Shown here: piece after piece, positions 10,369 through 22,798 of the stretch | Position numbering within the stretch: position 1 is the first letter of the stretch | How the letters are laid out: each line of letters begins with the position of its first letter | DNA from: an uncultured Bacilli bacterium | GTDB lineage: Bacteria > Bacillota_I > Bacilli_A > RF39 > UBA660 | Length of the DNA: 64,000 nt | NCBI GenBank assembly: GCA_947628535.1 | Contig: CANRAF010000001.1 | Span: 93,120-157,119, forward strand | Direction: 5' to 3' | Notes under the pieces: model-generated | What the model was told of the DNA's origin: nothing | The model's database searches: none | What the model saw: only the letters and a program-made list of their open reading frames with translations | Position numbers and translations under genes: made by a program

Positions 10369-11049
10369 TTACAAATTATATTTTTTTATTATTTTTAAAT
10401 TTTTATCTAATTCGTATATATATGGTTTCCCTGTTGCTATTTCTAAGTTCATTATATCTTCATCTTTTATGTTTTCAAAGTATTTTATAAATGCTCTTAT
10501 CGTATTTCCATGTGCTACTATAAGGATATCTTTATTTTCTTTTAATTTTGGCTTAATTTCTTTATCATAATATTTAATTACTCTTTTTATTACATCATTA
10601 AGATTTTCAGTTAATGGAAGTTCTTCTTCTGTTAAATTTTTATATTTTTCATCTTTTCCTGGATATCTTATATCGTCTTTTGTTAAAGCTGGAGGTTTTA
10701 CTATAGCACTTCTTCTCCATAAATGAACTTGCTCTTCTCCATATTTTTTCCTTGTTTCATCTTTATTTAATCCTTGAAGCGCACCATAATGTCTTTCGTT
10801 AAGCATCCAATTTTTATAAACCGGTATATCCTTTTTTGTTTCTTTTAAGATAAGATCTAAAGTTTTTATTGCTCTTTTTAAAACAGATGTGTATGCTATA
10901 TCAAAATTTATACTATTTTCTTTTAAAAGTTTTCCAGCGTTTTTTGCTTCTTTTATTCCTTTTTCTGTTAAATCTACATCTGTCCATCCAGTAAATTTAT
11001 TTTCATAATTCCAAATACTTTCTCCATGTCTTATTAAAATTAAATTCAT
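10369..11049 (-). CDS. gpmA: 2,3-bisphosphoglycerate-dependent phosphoglycerate mutase
   Basis: Catalytic RHGESIWNYENKFTGWTDVDLTEKG motif. Length 226 aa. Confidence 0.85.
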   Translation of the reverse strand: MNLILIRHGESIWNYENKFTGWTDVDLTEKGIKEAKNAGKLLKENSINFDIAYTSVLKRAIKTLDLILKETKKDIPVYKNWMLNERHYGALQGLNKDETRKKYGEEQVHLWRRSAIVKPPALTKDDIRYPGKDEKYKNLTEEELPLTENLNDVIKRVIKYYDKEIKPKLKENKDILIVAHGNTIRAFIKYFENIKDEDIMNLEIATGKPYIYELDKNLKIIKKYNL

Positions 11050-11086
11050 ATTTACCCTACTTTCTTTTTTATTTTAAAAAGAAGCT

Positions 11087-11707
11087 TTATTCTGCTTCTT
11101 TTGGTTTTATGACAACATGTCTTTCTTTGTTTTCTCCTTCACTTTCTGTATAAACATCTTTTGATTCAGATAAAATATTATGAACTATTCTTCTTTCAAA
11201 AGAATTCATAGGTTCTAGATGAGCCTCTACTTTAGTTCTAGCAACATCTTTAGCTGTATATTTTGCCATTTTTTCTATTCTAACTCTTCTCTTTGCTTTA
11301 TAATCATTAACGTCTATAATAAAACGATAATATGTATTTAATTCAGTATTTAACATTTGAGATGTAATATTTTGAAGAGCATCTATTGTTCGACCATTTT
11401 TGCCAATTAAAATTGAAACATCAGGTGCAATTAAGTTAAAAATAGGAGTTTCTTCTCTTGTTTTTGTTTCTATTTTGGCATTTATACCCATATTTTTTAC
11501 TATTTTTAAAATGTATTCTTTTATTTCTTTATTAAGTTCTTCTTTTGTTATAGCCTCTATTTCTGTTTTTTTATTAAATAGTGACTTTTTTATTTCTTTT
11601 TCAATTATTATTAATTCATCTTCTTTGGCATTTAAACCTTCTTTAGCATTTATTATTGCTTCTTCCTTTGTTTTTCCTGTAAATGTTTGTTTATTCATTT
11701 TTACCAC
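11087..11707 (-). CDS. khpB: Jag/KhpB RNA-binding protein (KH + R3H domains)
   Basis: C-terminal R3H motif (SFERRIVHNILSE). Conserved position downstream of yidC. Confidence 0.8.
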   Translation of the reverse strand: MVKMNKQTFTGKTKEEAIINAKEGLNAKEDELIIIEKEIKKSLFNKKTEIEAITKEELNKEIKEYILKIVKNMGINAKIETKTREETPIFNLIAPDVSILIGKNGRTIDALQNITSQMLNTELNTYYRFIIDVNDYKAKRRVRIEKMAKYTAKDVARTKVEAHLEPMNSFERRIVHNILSESKDVYTESEGENKERHVVIKPKEAE

Positions 11708-12620
11708 TCCTTTTTAAGGTGAAATTTTGGAATATTGTAAATAATGATGATGTTACCCAATAAAATGAAATTGCTGTTGGTAAAGTAAATGAGATAAATC
11801 CGATGAATACTGTCATTATTCTAGTCATTAATTTTTGTTGTTTTTCCATTTGCTCATTTGAAGCCATTGATGGATTTAATTTATAAGAGAAATAAGTAGC
11901 TGCAATTAGTATAACACATACAAATATATAATACCAATCACCTGCTGCCATAGCAGATCCTGGAGTTGTTCCCATATTTAATCCTATAAATGTTCCTTCA
12001 AAAATGGCTGGTACTCTATTTATTGCTTCCCAAAATGCCAAGAGAATTGGAAGTTGAATAAAAGCAAATAAGCAACCTGAAAGTGGTTTTATTTCGTATT
12101 TTTTATATACCAACATCATTTCCTGACCTTTTTTTGCCATTGATTCATTATCTGTTTTTCCTTCATATTTCTTTTCTATTCTATTAATTTCTGGTTGGGC
12201 TTTTTTCATATTTTCTGATTGAAGAAGAGTTTTTCTAGTCATAGGAAATAATGCAAATCTTATTATTAATGTAATTATTACTATTGATAAAGCTGGAGAT
12301 CCTACTAAAGATCCTATTTTTATTATGAAAAATGCTAAAGGTCTTACAAAAAATGTATTCCATAAGTTTTCATATTTGCCCACTATTTTCATATCATCGC
12401 AGTCTGGTAAGTCTTTAATATCTACTTTATTTTTTTCATATATTTTTAAAACATCTTTATCAGTTGGCTTACAAATTATGTTTTCTGTTATTGTTTGCCC
12501 TGTTTCTTCATTCTGAACTACTTTTCCATCTTTATCTTTTAATGTTTGAGTACATCCTGTTAAAGTTATTATAAGCATAAATATGACTAATACTTTTAAA
12601 ATTTTTGTTTTTTTATTCAT
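11691..12620 (-). CDS. yidC: Membrane protein insertase YidC/SpoIIIJ (lipoprotein form)
   Basis: Lipobox LTGC followed by the YidC TM core (PLSGCLFAFIQLPILLAFW...). Conserved position next to rnpA. Confidence 0.85.
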   Translation of the reverse strand: MNKKTKILKVLVIFMLIITLTGCTQTLKDKDGKVVQNEETGQTITENIICKPTDKDVLKIYEKNKVDIKDLPDCDDMKIVGKYENLWNTFFVRPLAFFIIKIGSLVGSPALSIVIITLIIRFALFPMTRKTLLQSENMKKAQPEINRIEKKYEGKTDNESMAKKGQEMMLVYKKYEIKPLSGCLFAFIQLPILLAFWEAINRVPAIFEGTFIGLNMGTTPGSAMAAGDWYYIFVCVILIAATYFSYKLNPSMASNEQMEKQQKLMTRIMTVFIGFISFTLPTAISFYWVTSSLFTIFQNFTLKRSGKNE

Positions 12621-12954
12621 TTTTATCTCCTTTTATTTTATTAAAAAGATATATTATCTCTTTTTCTAACTGTTTATAATCTAAATCAATAGTTTCTTTT
12701 TTACATATTATTATATATGTTTCATTTTGTTTATAAATATTTTCATTTTTATCTATTATATTTTTTATTCTTCTTTTTAATTTATTTCTTGTTACAGCAT
12801 TTGCTATGTTTTTGGCAAAAGTAATACCAAATTTTGGAATATTATCTTTATTTTGTTCTTTATTAATTATAAAATATTTACTACTATAGCCTTGTCTTTT
12901 TCTTATTATTCTATTGAAATCTTCTGATTTTTGGACGATATTTTTTTTTTTCAT
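12613..12954 (-). CDS. rnpA: RNase P protein component
   Basis: Basic 113-aa protein (MKKKNIVQKSEDFNRIIRKRQ...). Conserved position between rpmH and yidC. The likely start is the ATG at 12954, which lies inside an A11 run. Confidence 0.85.
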   Translation of the reverse strand: MKKKNIVQKSEDFNRIIRKRQGYSSKYFIINKEQNKDNIPKFGITFAKNIANAVTRNKLKRRIKNIIDKNENIYKQNETYIIICKKETIDLDYKQLEKEIIYLFNKIKGDKNE

Positions 12955-12998
12955 TTTTACCTCCATAATCAAAAATCCACTTTTGATAGTGGATTATT

Positions 12999-13124
12999 TT
13001 ATTTAGATAATCTTTTTCTTCCTTTTTTCCTTCTTTTATTTACTATTCCTGATTCCATACGAGAGAAGAAACCATGTTTTTTCTTCATTCTTCTATTATT
13101 TGGTTGATATGTACCTTTTTTCAC
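12999..13124 (-). CDS. rpmH: 50S ribosomal protein L34 (not in the ORF track; GTG start)
   Basis: Reverse-complement translation gives MKKGTYQPNNRRMKKKHGFFSRMESGIVNKRRKKGRKRLSK, which fits the L34 consensus. The RBS GGAGG lies 8 nt upstream. Confidence 0.85.
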   Translation of the reverse strand: MKKGTYQPNNRRMKKKHGFFSRMESGIVNKRRKKGRKRLSK

Positions 13125-13436
13125 TTCTTGCACCTCCAAACTTAATTAGTCGCTACTATTGTATATGAAAAGTAGGGTGGTTGTCAATATTTTTTTAGTT
13201 ATTAACAGAATAAACGTTAATTAACTTTTTTTATTTTAACAATTGTTAATAGTGTTATTAACTTTTTTCTTGAAATTTGTTAAAAACTATTTTATAGTAT
13301 GTATTTAAAGGAAAAAATATGTTGATAAGTTTGTTAATAAGTATGTTAATTAATATTTTAACTTTTCAAAAATTTAAAAATGTATTACAATTAAATTAAC
13401 TTGTTAATACTTTGTTTTTAGTGGGGAGATGGTATT
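13125..13436. promoter_or_regulatory. oriC, upstream DnaA-box cluster plus dnaA promoter region
   Basis: Repeated 9-mers TTATTAACA, or its reverse complement TGTTAATAA, at about 13199, 13245, 13255, 13332, 13345 and 13402. This is one mismatch from the canonical TTATNCACA box. The position between rpmH and dnaA is the standard oriC location. Confidence 0.6.
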
Positions 13437-14813
13437 ATGGATAATAATTTGTTATGGCAAAAAGTTTTAGATAATATTAGTAATATCGTTGACCCTTTGT
13501 CTTTTGATACTTGGTTCAAAAATATTGATTTTATAGATATCCAAAATCATTCAGTTAGATTAGTTATTCCAATAATGTGGTATAAAAGTCATATTGATAA
13601 TAATTATAAAGATATTATTTTAGAAAATTTTAATAATTTAATTAAAGATAATAATGTTGATAGTATTATATATATATTAAAAGATAATGTTGAAGATTTT
13701 TTAGAAAGTGAAAAGAGTAGTAATACTTCTTTGGAAGAAAAAAAAGAGAGTAATTATGTTAAAAATCATGTTTCTAATTTAAATAAAAATTATACTTTTG
13801 AAAGTTTTGTAGTAGGGGAGTCTAATAAATTTGCACAAGCTGCAGCTTTGGCAGTTGCTGAAAATCCTGGAACTATGTATAATCCTTTATTTATATATGG
13901 TAATAGTGGACTTGGTAAGACTCATTTGATGCATGCAATTGGAAATTATATTGAAAGTAAACTGCAAAAAAGAGTTTTATACGTTACTAGTGATGATTTT
14001 ATGAATGATTTTACAGGACTTGTTAGAAAAAATAGTAATGTTAATAACTTGGATTATGTTGATTTTTTCAAAAATAAGTATCGAAATATTGATGTTTTAC
14101 TTATAGATGATATCCAGTTTTTAGGAGGCGCAGAAAAATCACAACAAGAATTTTTCCATACTTTTAACAATTTATATAATGATAGTAAGCAAATTATTGT
14201 GTCATCTGATAGATCTCCTGAAGATTTAAAAGTTTTAGAAGATAGACTTAGAACACGTTTTGCCTGGGGTCTTCAGGTAGATATTAGTCCTCCTGATTAT
14301 AATTTAAAAGTTGCAATTATTAAGAATAAGTTAAAAAGAGAAGATATTGTTATAAATGAAGATGTTATATCTTTTATAGCTTCAAATATTGGTAATGATG
14401 TAAGACAACTTGAAGGTTCTATTACAAGACTTGTTGCTTATTCTGCAATCATGTGTGTTACTGATATTACACTTGATTTTGCAATGGAGGCATTAAAAGA
14501 TTTTACAAAGAAAGATAGTGTAACTGACCAAAATAATATAAGAAGAATTCAAAAAAGCGTTGCTAATTTCTATAAAATATCTTTTGAGGATATGAAATCA
14601 AAGAAAAGAACTCCAAATCTTGCTATTCCAAGGCAGGTTGCTATGTATTTATGCAGAAAACTTACTGATGAGTCATTTGAAAGAATAGGTATTGAGTTTT
14701 CTGGTAAAAATCATGCTACAGTAATACATGCTTGTAATAAAATTGAAAAAGAAATGAAAATAAATAAAGATCTAAATAATGCTATTGCTGATATTGAAAA
14801 GCAATTAACATAA
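13437..14813 (+). CDS. dnaA: Chromosomal replication initiator DnaA
   Basis: AAA+ Walker A (GNSGLGKTHLMHAIG) and a C-terminal DNA-binding domain. Confidence 0.95.
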   Translation: MDNNLLWQKVLDNISNIVDPLSFDTWFKNIDFIDIQNHSVRLVIPIMWYKSHIDNNYKDIILENFNNLIKDNNVDSIIYILKDNVEDFLESEKSSNTSLEEKKESNYVKNHVSNLNKNYTFESFVVGESNKFAQAAALAVAENPGTMYNPLFIYGNSGLGKTHLMHAIGNYIESKLQKRVLYVTSDDFMNDFTGLVRKNSNVNNLDYVDFFKNKYRNIDVLLIDDIQFLGGAEKSQQEFFHTFNNLYNDSKQIIVSSDRSPEDLKVLEDRLRTRFAWGLQVDISPPDYNLKVAIIKNKLKREDIVINEDVISFIASNIGNDVRQLEGSITRLVAYSAIMCVTDITLDFAMEALKDFTKKDSVTDQNNIRRIQKSVANFYKISFEDMKSKKRTPNLAIPRQVAMYLCRKLTDESFERIGIEFSGKNHATVIHACNKIEKEMKINKDLNNAIADIEKQLT

Positions 14814-14964
14814 ATTTGTTAAATCCGTTAATATAAATTAACAAATAAAAAAGATATTATCTGTTGATATTAAAGTATTTTTTTAGATATTAACAATGTT
14901 AACAGTAATAATATAAATAATAAATAATTATTAAAAAAATAAAATAAAGAAAGTAGGTAATAAA
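14814..14964. promoter_or_regulatory. oriC second part: dnaA-dnaN intergenic DnaA boxes plus AT-rich unwinding element
   Basis: TATTAACAA and TGTTAACAG at 14887-14905 and ATTAACAAA at 14836. An A/T-only stretch of about 27 nt (aaataataaataattattaaaaaaataaaataaa) lies upstream of dnaN. Confidence 0.5.
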
Positions 14965-16083
14965 ATGAAGTTAAAAATAAAAAGAACAATTTTGTTAGAA
15001 GCACTTAATAATGTATCTAAAGCTATATCTAGTAAAAATATTATTCCAATTTTATCTGGTATTAAATTTGAACTTTTTAAAGATAAGTTAGTTTTAACTG
15101 CTTCTGATAATGATATAACTATTCAAACAGTTATTAACAAAAATGATGATTTAGAAATAAATAGTACAGGTAGTATTGTCATAAAGGGTAAATATATATT
15201 AGATATAATTAGAAAATTAGAAACAGAATTTATTAATATAGAAATTGTTGATGATCATAAGATTATGATTTTTACTGATAATAGTGAATTTAATTTAAAT
15301 GGTGTTGATATTAAAGAATATCCAGATATTAACTTAGACCTATCAAATGATTACATTAAGATGAAAACAGGTGATTTTAAAACAATGATTTCACAAACAA
15401 ATTATGCATGTTCTTTAGATGAAGCTAGGGTAGTGTTAACAGGAGTTAATATAAAGATAAATAATAATAATTTAGAATGCAGTGCAACTGATTCTTATAG
15501 ACTTGCCCTTAGAAAATATCGTCTTAAGGAAAAAGTGAGTAATGATATTGATATTATTATTCCAAGTAAGAATTTAAGTGAACTTTTAAAAGTAATTGGT
15601 CCTGCTGATGATGAAGCAATAGAGGTTCATTTATTTAGTAATAAAGTAATTTTCAAATTTAAAGATATTATTTTTCAATCAAGACTTATAAATGGTACTT
15701 ATCCAAATACTAAAAATCTTATTCCAAATGAATCTTTATTTGATTTAACTGTTAATAATAATGAATTTTATAATATGGTTGATCGTGCAAGTATATTAAA
15801 TAATGATACAGATAATAATATAATTACTTTAGAACTTAAAAATAAAGTTTTAAAAATTACTTCTATGTCTCTTGAAATAGGTAAAGTAGAAGAAAAAATG
15901 AATGTTGATAGTAATGAAAATATAAAAATATCTTTTAGTGCTAAATATATGATGGATGCTCTTAGGACTATAAAAAGTGATAATGTTACATTAACATTTG
16001 TAGGTGAGATAAAACCAATTCTTTTAAAAAGCGATGAAAACGATGATTTAACTTGTTTAATTTTACCTATTAGAACATATTAA
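14965..16083 (+). CDS. dnaN: DNA polymerase III beta sliding clamp
   Basis: 372 aa with three-domain clamp architecture. Sits immediately downstream of dnaA. Confidence 0.95.
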   Translation: MKLKIKRTILLEALNNVSKAISSKNIIPILSGIKFELFKDKLVLTASDNDITIQTVINKNDDLEINSTGSIVIKGKYILDIIRKLETEFINIEIVDDHKIMIFTDNSEFNLNGVDIKEYPDINLDLSNDYIKMKTGDFKTMISQTNYACSLDEARVVLTGVNIKINNNNLECSATDSYRLALRKYRLKEKVSNDIDIIIPSKNLSELLKVIGPADDEAIEVHLFSNKVIFKFKDIIFQSRLINGTYPNTKNLIPNESLFDLTVNNNEFYNMVDRASILNNDTDNNIITLELKNKVLKITSMSLEIGKVEEKMNVDSNENIKISFSAKYMMDALRTIKSDNVTLTFVGEIKPILLKSDENDDLTCLILPIRTY

Positions 16084-16255
16084 TTTTAAAATATTATTAA
16101 TTATTTATATTGAAAGGTGTAAAATTTTATAGATTTTTACATCTTTTTTTTAATTTTTTATTTCTATCCTACAAATTTCTGTCTTTTTCGACTTTTGAAA
16201 GTGTTACTTTAAAAAGTGTAGTATTTTTTTTACTATAAATTTTATGTTGTAGGGG

Positions 16256-16720
16256 GTGATGTTGATGAAATATGAAATAAATGATGAAACTTTGGCTATT
16301 TTGTCATTTAATGATGGAAAAAGTAGGGTAATCGAAAATAGTGAAGAATATATTGTTGATGATAATCCTTATGCAGTTATGGAACATAGTTGTAAATATT
16401 TTGGTAGTAGTATTGAGGGCAGAATATCTGGTTCAAGAGATATTTTAGGTAGCATTTATAAAACTCCAGTAATTGTTGAGGAATCTTTAGGTTTAATATT
16501 TTTTCCTACTGAGGCTTTAGAATCTTTAAATGTTTCATGGATTTCATATAAAAATATTAAAAATGTAGAAAAAGATGGTAAAAAAACAAAAATAATTTTT
16601 AAAAATGGTAGTAATATCGTTGTTGATTGTCCATTTTTCTCTATAAAGAATCAAATATTTAGATGTAATATGTTAGAAGCAATTTCTAATAATAGAAAAA
16701 TTAGTAAAAAAAGCGATTAA
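16256..16720 (+). CDS. ComK-family protein (competence transcription factor family)
   Basis: HSCKYFGSSIEGRISGS...KTPVIVEESLGLIFFPTEA...VSWISYKNIKNVEK...IIFKNGSNIVVDCPFFSIKNQIFRCNMLEA aligns motif-for-motif with B. subtilis ComK (SCRFFGSS..GRKAG...KPPIMVDPSNQIFLFPT...GWISHVHVKEF...VTFSNGKTMELPISYNSFENQVYRTAWL). The likely start is the ATG at 16265. Confidence 0.65.
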   Translation: MMLMKYEINDETLAILSFNDGKSRVIENSEEYIVDDNPYAVMEHSCKYFGSSIEGRISGSRDILGSIYKTPVIVEESLGLIFFPTEALESLNVSWISYKNIKNVEKDGKKTKIIFKNGSNIVVDCPFFSIKNQIFRCNMLEAISNNRKISKKSD

Positions 16721-16834
16721 AATGATAAAAATCGTTTTTTTTATGGCTTTTTTATGGTATAATGTAATAGTAAGTACCAGAGTACTAGTCTTGGAGTTGA
16801 TGCAAATTTGATAGGAAAAATTTAAAATTTAGAT

Positions 16835-19856
<3,022 letters not shown>

Positions 19857-19865
19857 GAGGTTATT

Positions 19866-22316
19866 ATGGATCATAGTAGAGATAGATTAGAAGAAAATAA
19901 TATTGTTAATGAAATAGAAACATCATTTCTTGAATATTCAATGAGTGTAATTGTATCTAGGGCTCTTCCTGATTTAAGAGATGGTTTAAAACCTGTTCAT
20001 CGTAGAATTTTATATTCTATGTATGAATCTGGTTATACTCCTGATAAACCTCATAAAAAGAGTGCGAGAATAGTTGGGGATGTTATGGGTAAATATCATC
20101 CTCATGGTGATAGTTCAATTTATGAGGCTATGGTAAGAATGGCTCAGGATTTCAATTATCGTTATATGTTAGTTGATGGACATGGTAATTTTGGAAATAT
20201 TGAAGGTTATGGAGCTGCTGCTATGCGTTATACAGAATCTAGACTTTCAAAAATTTCATTAGAACTTTTAAGAGATATAAATAAAAATACAGTTGATTTT
20301 GATGATAATTTTGATGAATCTGAAAAGGAACCTTCGATTTTACCTAGTAGATTTCCTAATATTTTAGTTAATGGTACTATGGGAATTGCTGTTGGTATGG
20401 CAACAAATATTCCTCCACATAATTTGGGAGAAGTTATTGATGGTTGTGTTGCTTATATTGATAATAACGATATAACAGTCGATGAACTTATGGATTATAT
20501 AAAAGGTCCTGATTTTCCTACAGGTGCTGTTATTTTAGGTAATAGTGGCATTAGAAAGGCTTATGAAACAGGAAAAGGAACAATTACAATAAGAAGTAGG
20601 GCTAAAATTGAGGAAAAGGATGGCAAACATTGTATAATTATTGATGAAGTTCCATATGGAGTTAATACTTTGGAACTAAAAAACAAAGTAGCAGAACTTG
20701 TTCATAATAAGGTTATTGATGGTATTTCTGATTATCACACTGATTTAAAAGATGGTGTTAAGATTACTATTACTTTAAAAAGGGATGCAAATCCTCAGGT
20801 GATTTTGAATAATTTATATAAGCATACTCAATTTCAAACTAATTATGGGATAAACTTTTTGATGCTTGATAATGGTGTTCCAAAGAGTTTAGGACTTAAA
20901 GATATTATTTCTAAATATATTGATTACCAAAAGGAAATAATTATAAGAAGGACAAAGTTTGATTTAGATAAAGCTGAAAAGAGAGTACACATTTTAGAAG
21001 GACTTAAGATAGCACTTGATAATATTGATGAAATTATAAAACTTTTAAGAGCTGCAAGAGATGATGAGATTGCAAGAACTCAATTGATGGATAGATTTGA
21101 TTTAACTGAAGCTCAGGCTAATGCTATTTTGGAAATGAGACTTAGAAGACTTACTGGTCTTGAAAGAGAAAAAATTGAAAATGAACTTGCAGAACTTCTT
21201 AAGAAGATAGTTGAATATAAAGCTATTCTTGAATCTGAAGAAAAAGTTTTAGGTATAATTAAGGAAGAACTTCTTGAAATTAAAGAAAAATATGGTGATG
21301 AAAGACGTACAAGTATTGATATGACTGCTATTGATTATATTGAAGACGAATCTTTGATTCCAAATGAAAATATTATGATATCACTTACTAAAAACGGATA
21401 TATCAAACGTTTGTGCGTTGATACATACAGAACTCAAAATCGTGGTGGCGTTGGTATTAGAGGTATGTCTACGAATGAAGAAGATTATGTTGAATTATTA
21501 GTAACTTGTCTTTCACATGATTACTTATTATTCTTTAGTAATTTTGGAAAGGTTTATAGAATTAAGGGGTATGAATTACCAGAATTTGGCAGACAATCTA
21601 AGGGTGTTCCTATTGTTAATATCTTATCACTTGAAAAGGATGAAAGAATTAATACAATTATTTCTGTTAGTAAGGAAGAAGAATGTAGTAATTTAATGTT
21701 CTTTACTAAGAATGGTTTGGTTAAGAGAACAGATATTACTGAGTTTGATTCAATTAGAAAAAATGGAAAAATTGCAATTACACTTAAAACTGATGATGAG
21801 TTAATTAGTGTTAAAAAAACTAATGGTAATGATGAGGTAATTATGGCTTCAAATGCTGGACGTATGGTTAGATTTAATGAGAATGATGTCCGTGTTATGG
21901 GAAGAAGCGCTTCAGGTGTTAGAGGTATAGATTTAGGAGATGCTAAAGTAATTGGTGCGGAAATTGTTAATATCTCTCAATTAATCTTAGTCGTAACTGA
22001 AAAGGGTTATGGAAAGAAAACTTCTGTTGATGAATATCGTTTAACTCATCGTGGTAGTAAGGGGGTTAAAGCTCTTAATATTACTGATAAAAATGGTTTG
22101 ATTGTTGCGTTTAAAGCGGTTAATGGTGATGAGGATTTAATTATTTCTACTGATAGTGGAATTGTTATTAGGTTAGATGTTAATAAAATATCAACTTTAA
22201 GACGTAATACTCAAGGTGTTAGATTAATTAATTTAAAGGATAATCAAATTGTTACTTCTGTTACTGTTACTGAAAAAAATGAGGAAACAGAACAAGAAGA
22301 GGTAAATGAAAACTAA
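19866..22316 (+). CDS. gyrA: DNA gyrase subunit A
   Basis: Active-site region (AAMRYTE) and C-terminal beta-pinwheel repeats. Length 816 aa. Confidence 0.95.
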   Translation: MDHSRDRLEENNIVNEIETSFLEYSMSVIVSRALPDLRDGLKPVHRRILYSMYESGYTPDKPHKKSARIVGDVMGKYHPHGDSSIYEAMVRMAQDFNYRYMLVDGHGNFGNIEGYGAAAMRYTESRLSKISLELLRDINKNTVDFDDNFDESEKEPSILPSRFPNILVNGTMGIAVGMATNIPPHNLGEVIDGCVAYIDNNDITVDELMDYIKGPDFPTGAVILGNSGIRKAYETGKGTITIRSRAKIEEKDGKHCIIIDEVPYGVNTLELKNKVAELVHNKVIDGISDYHTDLKDGVKITITLKRDANPQVILNNLYKHTQFQTNYGINFLMLDNGVPKSLGLKDIISKYIDYQKEIIIRRTKFDLDKAEKRVHILEGLKIALDNIDEIIKLLRAARDDEIARTQLMDRFDLTEAQANAILEMRLRRLTGLEREKIENELAELLKKIVEYKAILESEEKVLGIIKEELLEIKEKYGDERRTSIDMTAIDYIEDESLIPNENIMISLTKNGYIKRLCVDTYRTQNRGGVGIRGMSTNEEDYVELLVTCLSHDYLLFFSNFGKVYRIKGYELPEFGRQSKGVPIVNILSLEKDERINTIISVSKEEECSNLMFFTKNGLVKRTDITEFDSIRKNGKIAITLKTDDELISVKKTNGNDEVIMASNAGRMVRFNENDVRVMGRSASGVRGIDLGDAKVIGAEIVNISQLILVVTEKGYGKKTSVDEYRLTHRGSKGVKALNITDKNGLIVAFKAVNGDEDLIISTDSGIVIRLDVNKISTLRRNTQGVRLINLKDNQIVTSVTVTEKNEETEQEEVNEN

Positions 22317-22343
22317 TGTTTCACGTGAAACATTAGTTTTTTT
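22313..22343 (+). terminator. gyrA intrinsic terminator formed by a 24-bp perfect palindrome
   Basis: CTAATGTTTCACGTGAAACATTAG starts inside the gyrA stop codon and is followed by TTTTTTT. Confidence 0.7.
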
Positions 22344-22396
22344 CTTTCATATATACAAATGTATAAAAGGTAAACTACATATATTATTAATATTCA

Positions 22397-22416
22397 TATG
22401 TTCCACGTGGAACATA
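22397..22416. repeat. Palindrome variant ATGTTCCACGTGGAACAT (CACGTG-core family)
   Basis: Perfect 18-20 bp palindrome, a two-position symmetric variant of the main repeat. Confidence 0.8.
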
Positions 22417-22439
22417 GTATGTTGTTTATTCTTTTTTTA

Positions 22440-22461
22440 TTATGTTTCACGTGAAACATAA
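22440..22461. repeat. Palindrome ATGTTTCACGTGAAACAT copy
   Basis: Perfect 18-bp palindrome, extended to TTATG...CATAA. Confidence 0.85.
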
Positions 22462-22563
22462 TAAAAATACTGATAATTAAATAGTTTTTTTATGCCACTA
22501 TTACTTAAAATAACATCATCTGTAGGAAAATTTTGATCTTTTATATAACAATTTGCTGTTTTT

Positions 22564-22607
22564 TTGTTAATAATTATTTAATTAAAATTATTTCCCGGGA
22601 AATAATT
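22564..22607. repeat. 44-bp direct repeat (copy 1) containing the 22-bp perfect palindrome AATTATTTCCCGGGAAATAATT
   Basis: ttgttaataattatttaattaaaattatttcccgggaaataatt recurs at 23325-23368 with one mismatch. It includes the DnaA-box-like TGTTAATAA and a CCCGGG core. Confidence 0.85.
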
Positions 22608-22644
22608 TATTAGTTATTAGGTTTAATTTATTTAAATAATAGAT

Positions 22645-22666
22645 CAATGTTTCACGTGAAACATTG
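22645..22666. repeat. Palindrome CAATGTTTCACGTGAAACATTG copy
   Basis: Perfect 22-bp palindrome, identical to the copy at 23249-23270. Confidence 0.85.
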
Positions 22667-22704
22667 TTTATTAAGTTGACTTTAAATAACATTTATACTA
22701 TTAT

Positions 22705-22790
22705 TGATATGTGCAACACATATGGTTGAACTAGGTCAGGATCGGAAGATAGCAGCCTTAAAATCCTCTATGTGTGTGCACTTTTTTTGG
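22705..22790 (+). ncRNA. ffs: Signal recognition particle RNA, short 4.5S type
   Basis: GGUCAGGAUCGGAAGAUAGCAGCC matches SRP domain IV (E. coli GGUCAGGUCCGGAAGGAAGCAGCC). It reproduces the same non-canonical pair pattern and GGAA tetraloop, with compensatory changes. A closing helix (GUGCAACACAUA / UAUGUGUGUGCAC) is followed by a U7 run. Confidence 0.75.
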
Positions 22791-22798
22791 AGGAAAGT

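Noticed and set aside
16118-16150. ComK-box or Spo0A-box regulatory elements upstream of the comK-like gene
   Set aside because: TGTAAAA...TTTTACA plus a T-run is more simply the dnaN terminator. TTTCGAC is only a 6/7 match to a 0A box, which is insufficient.
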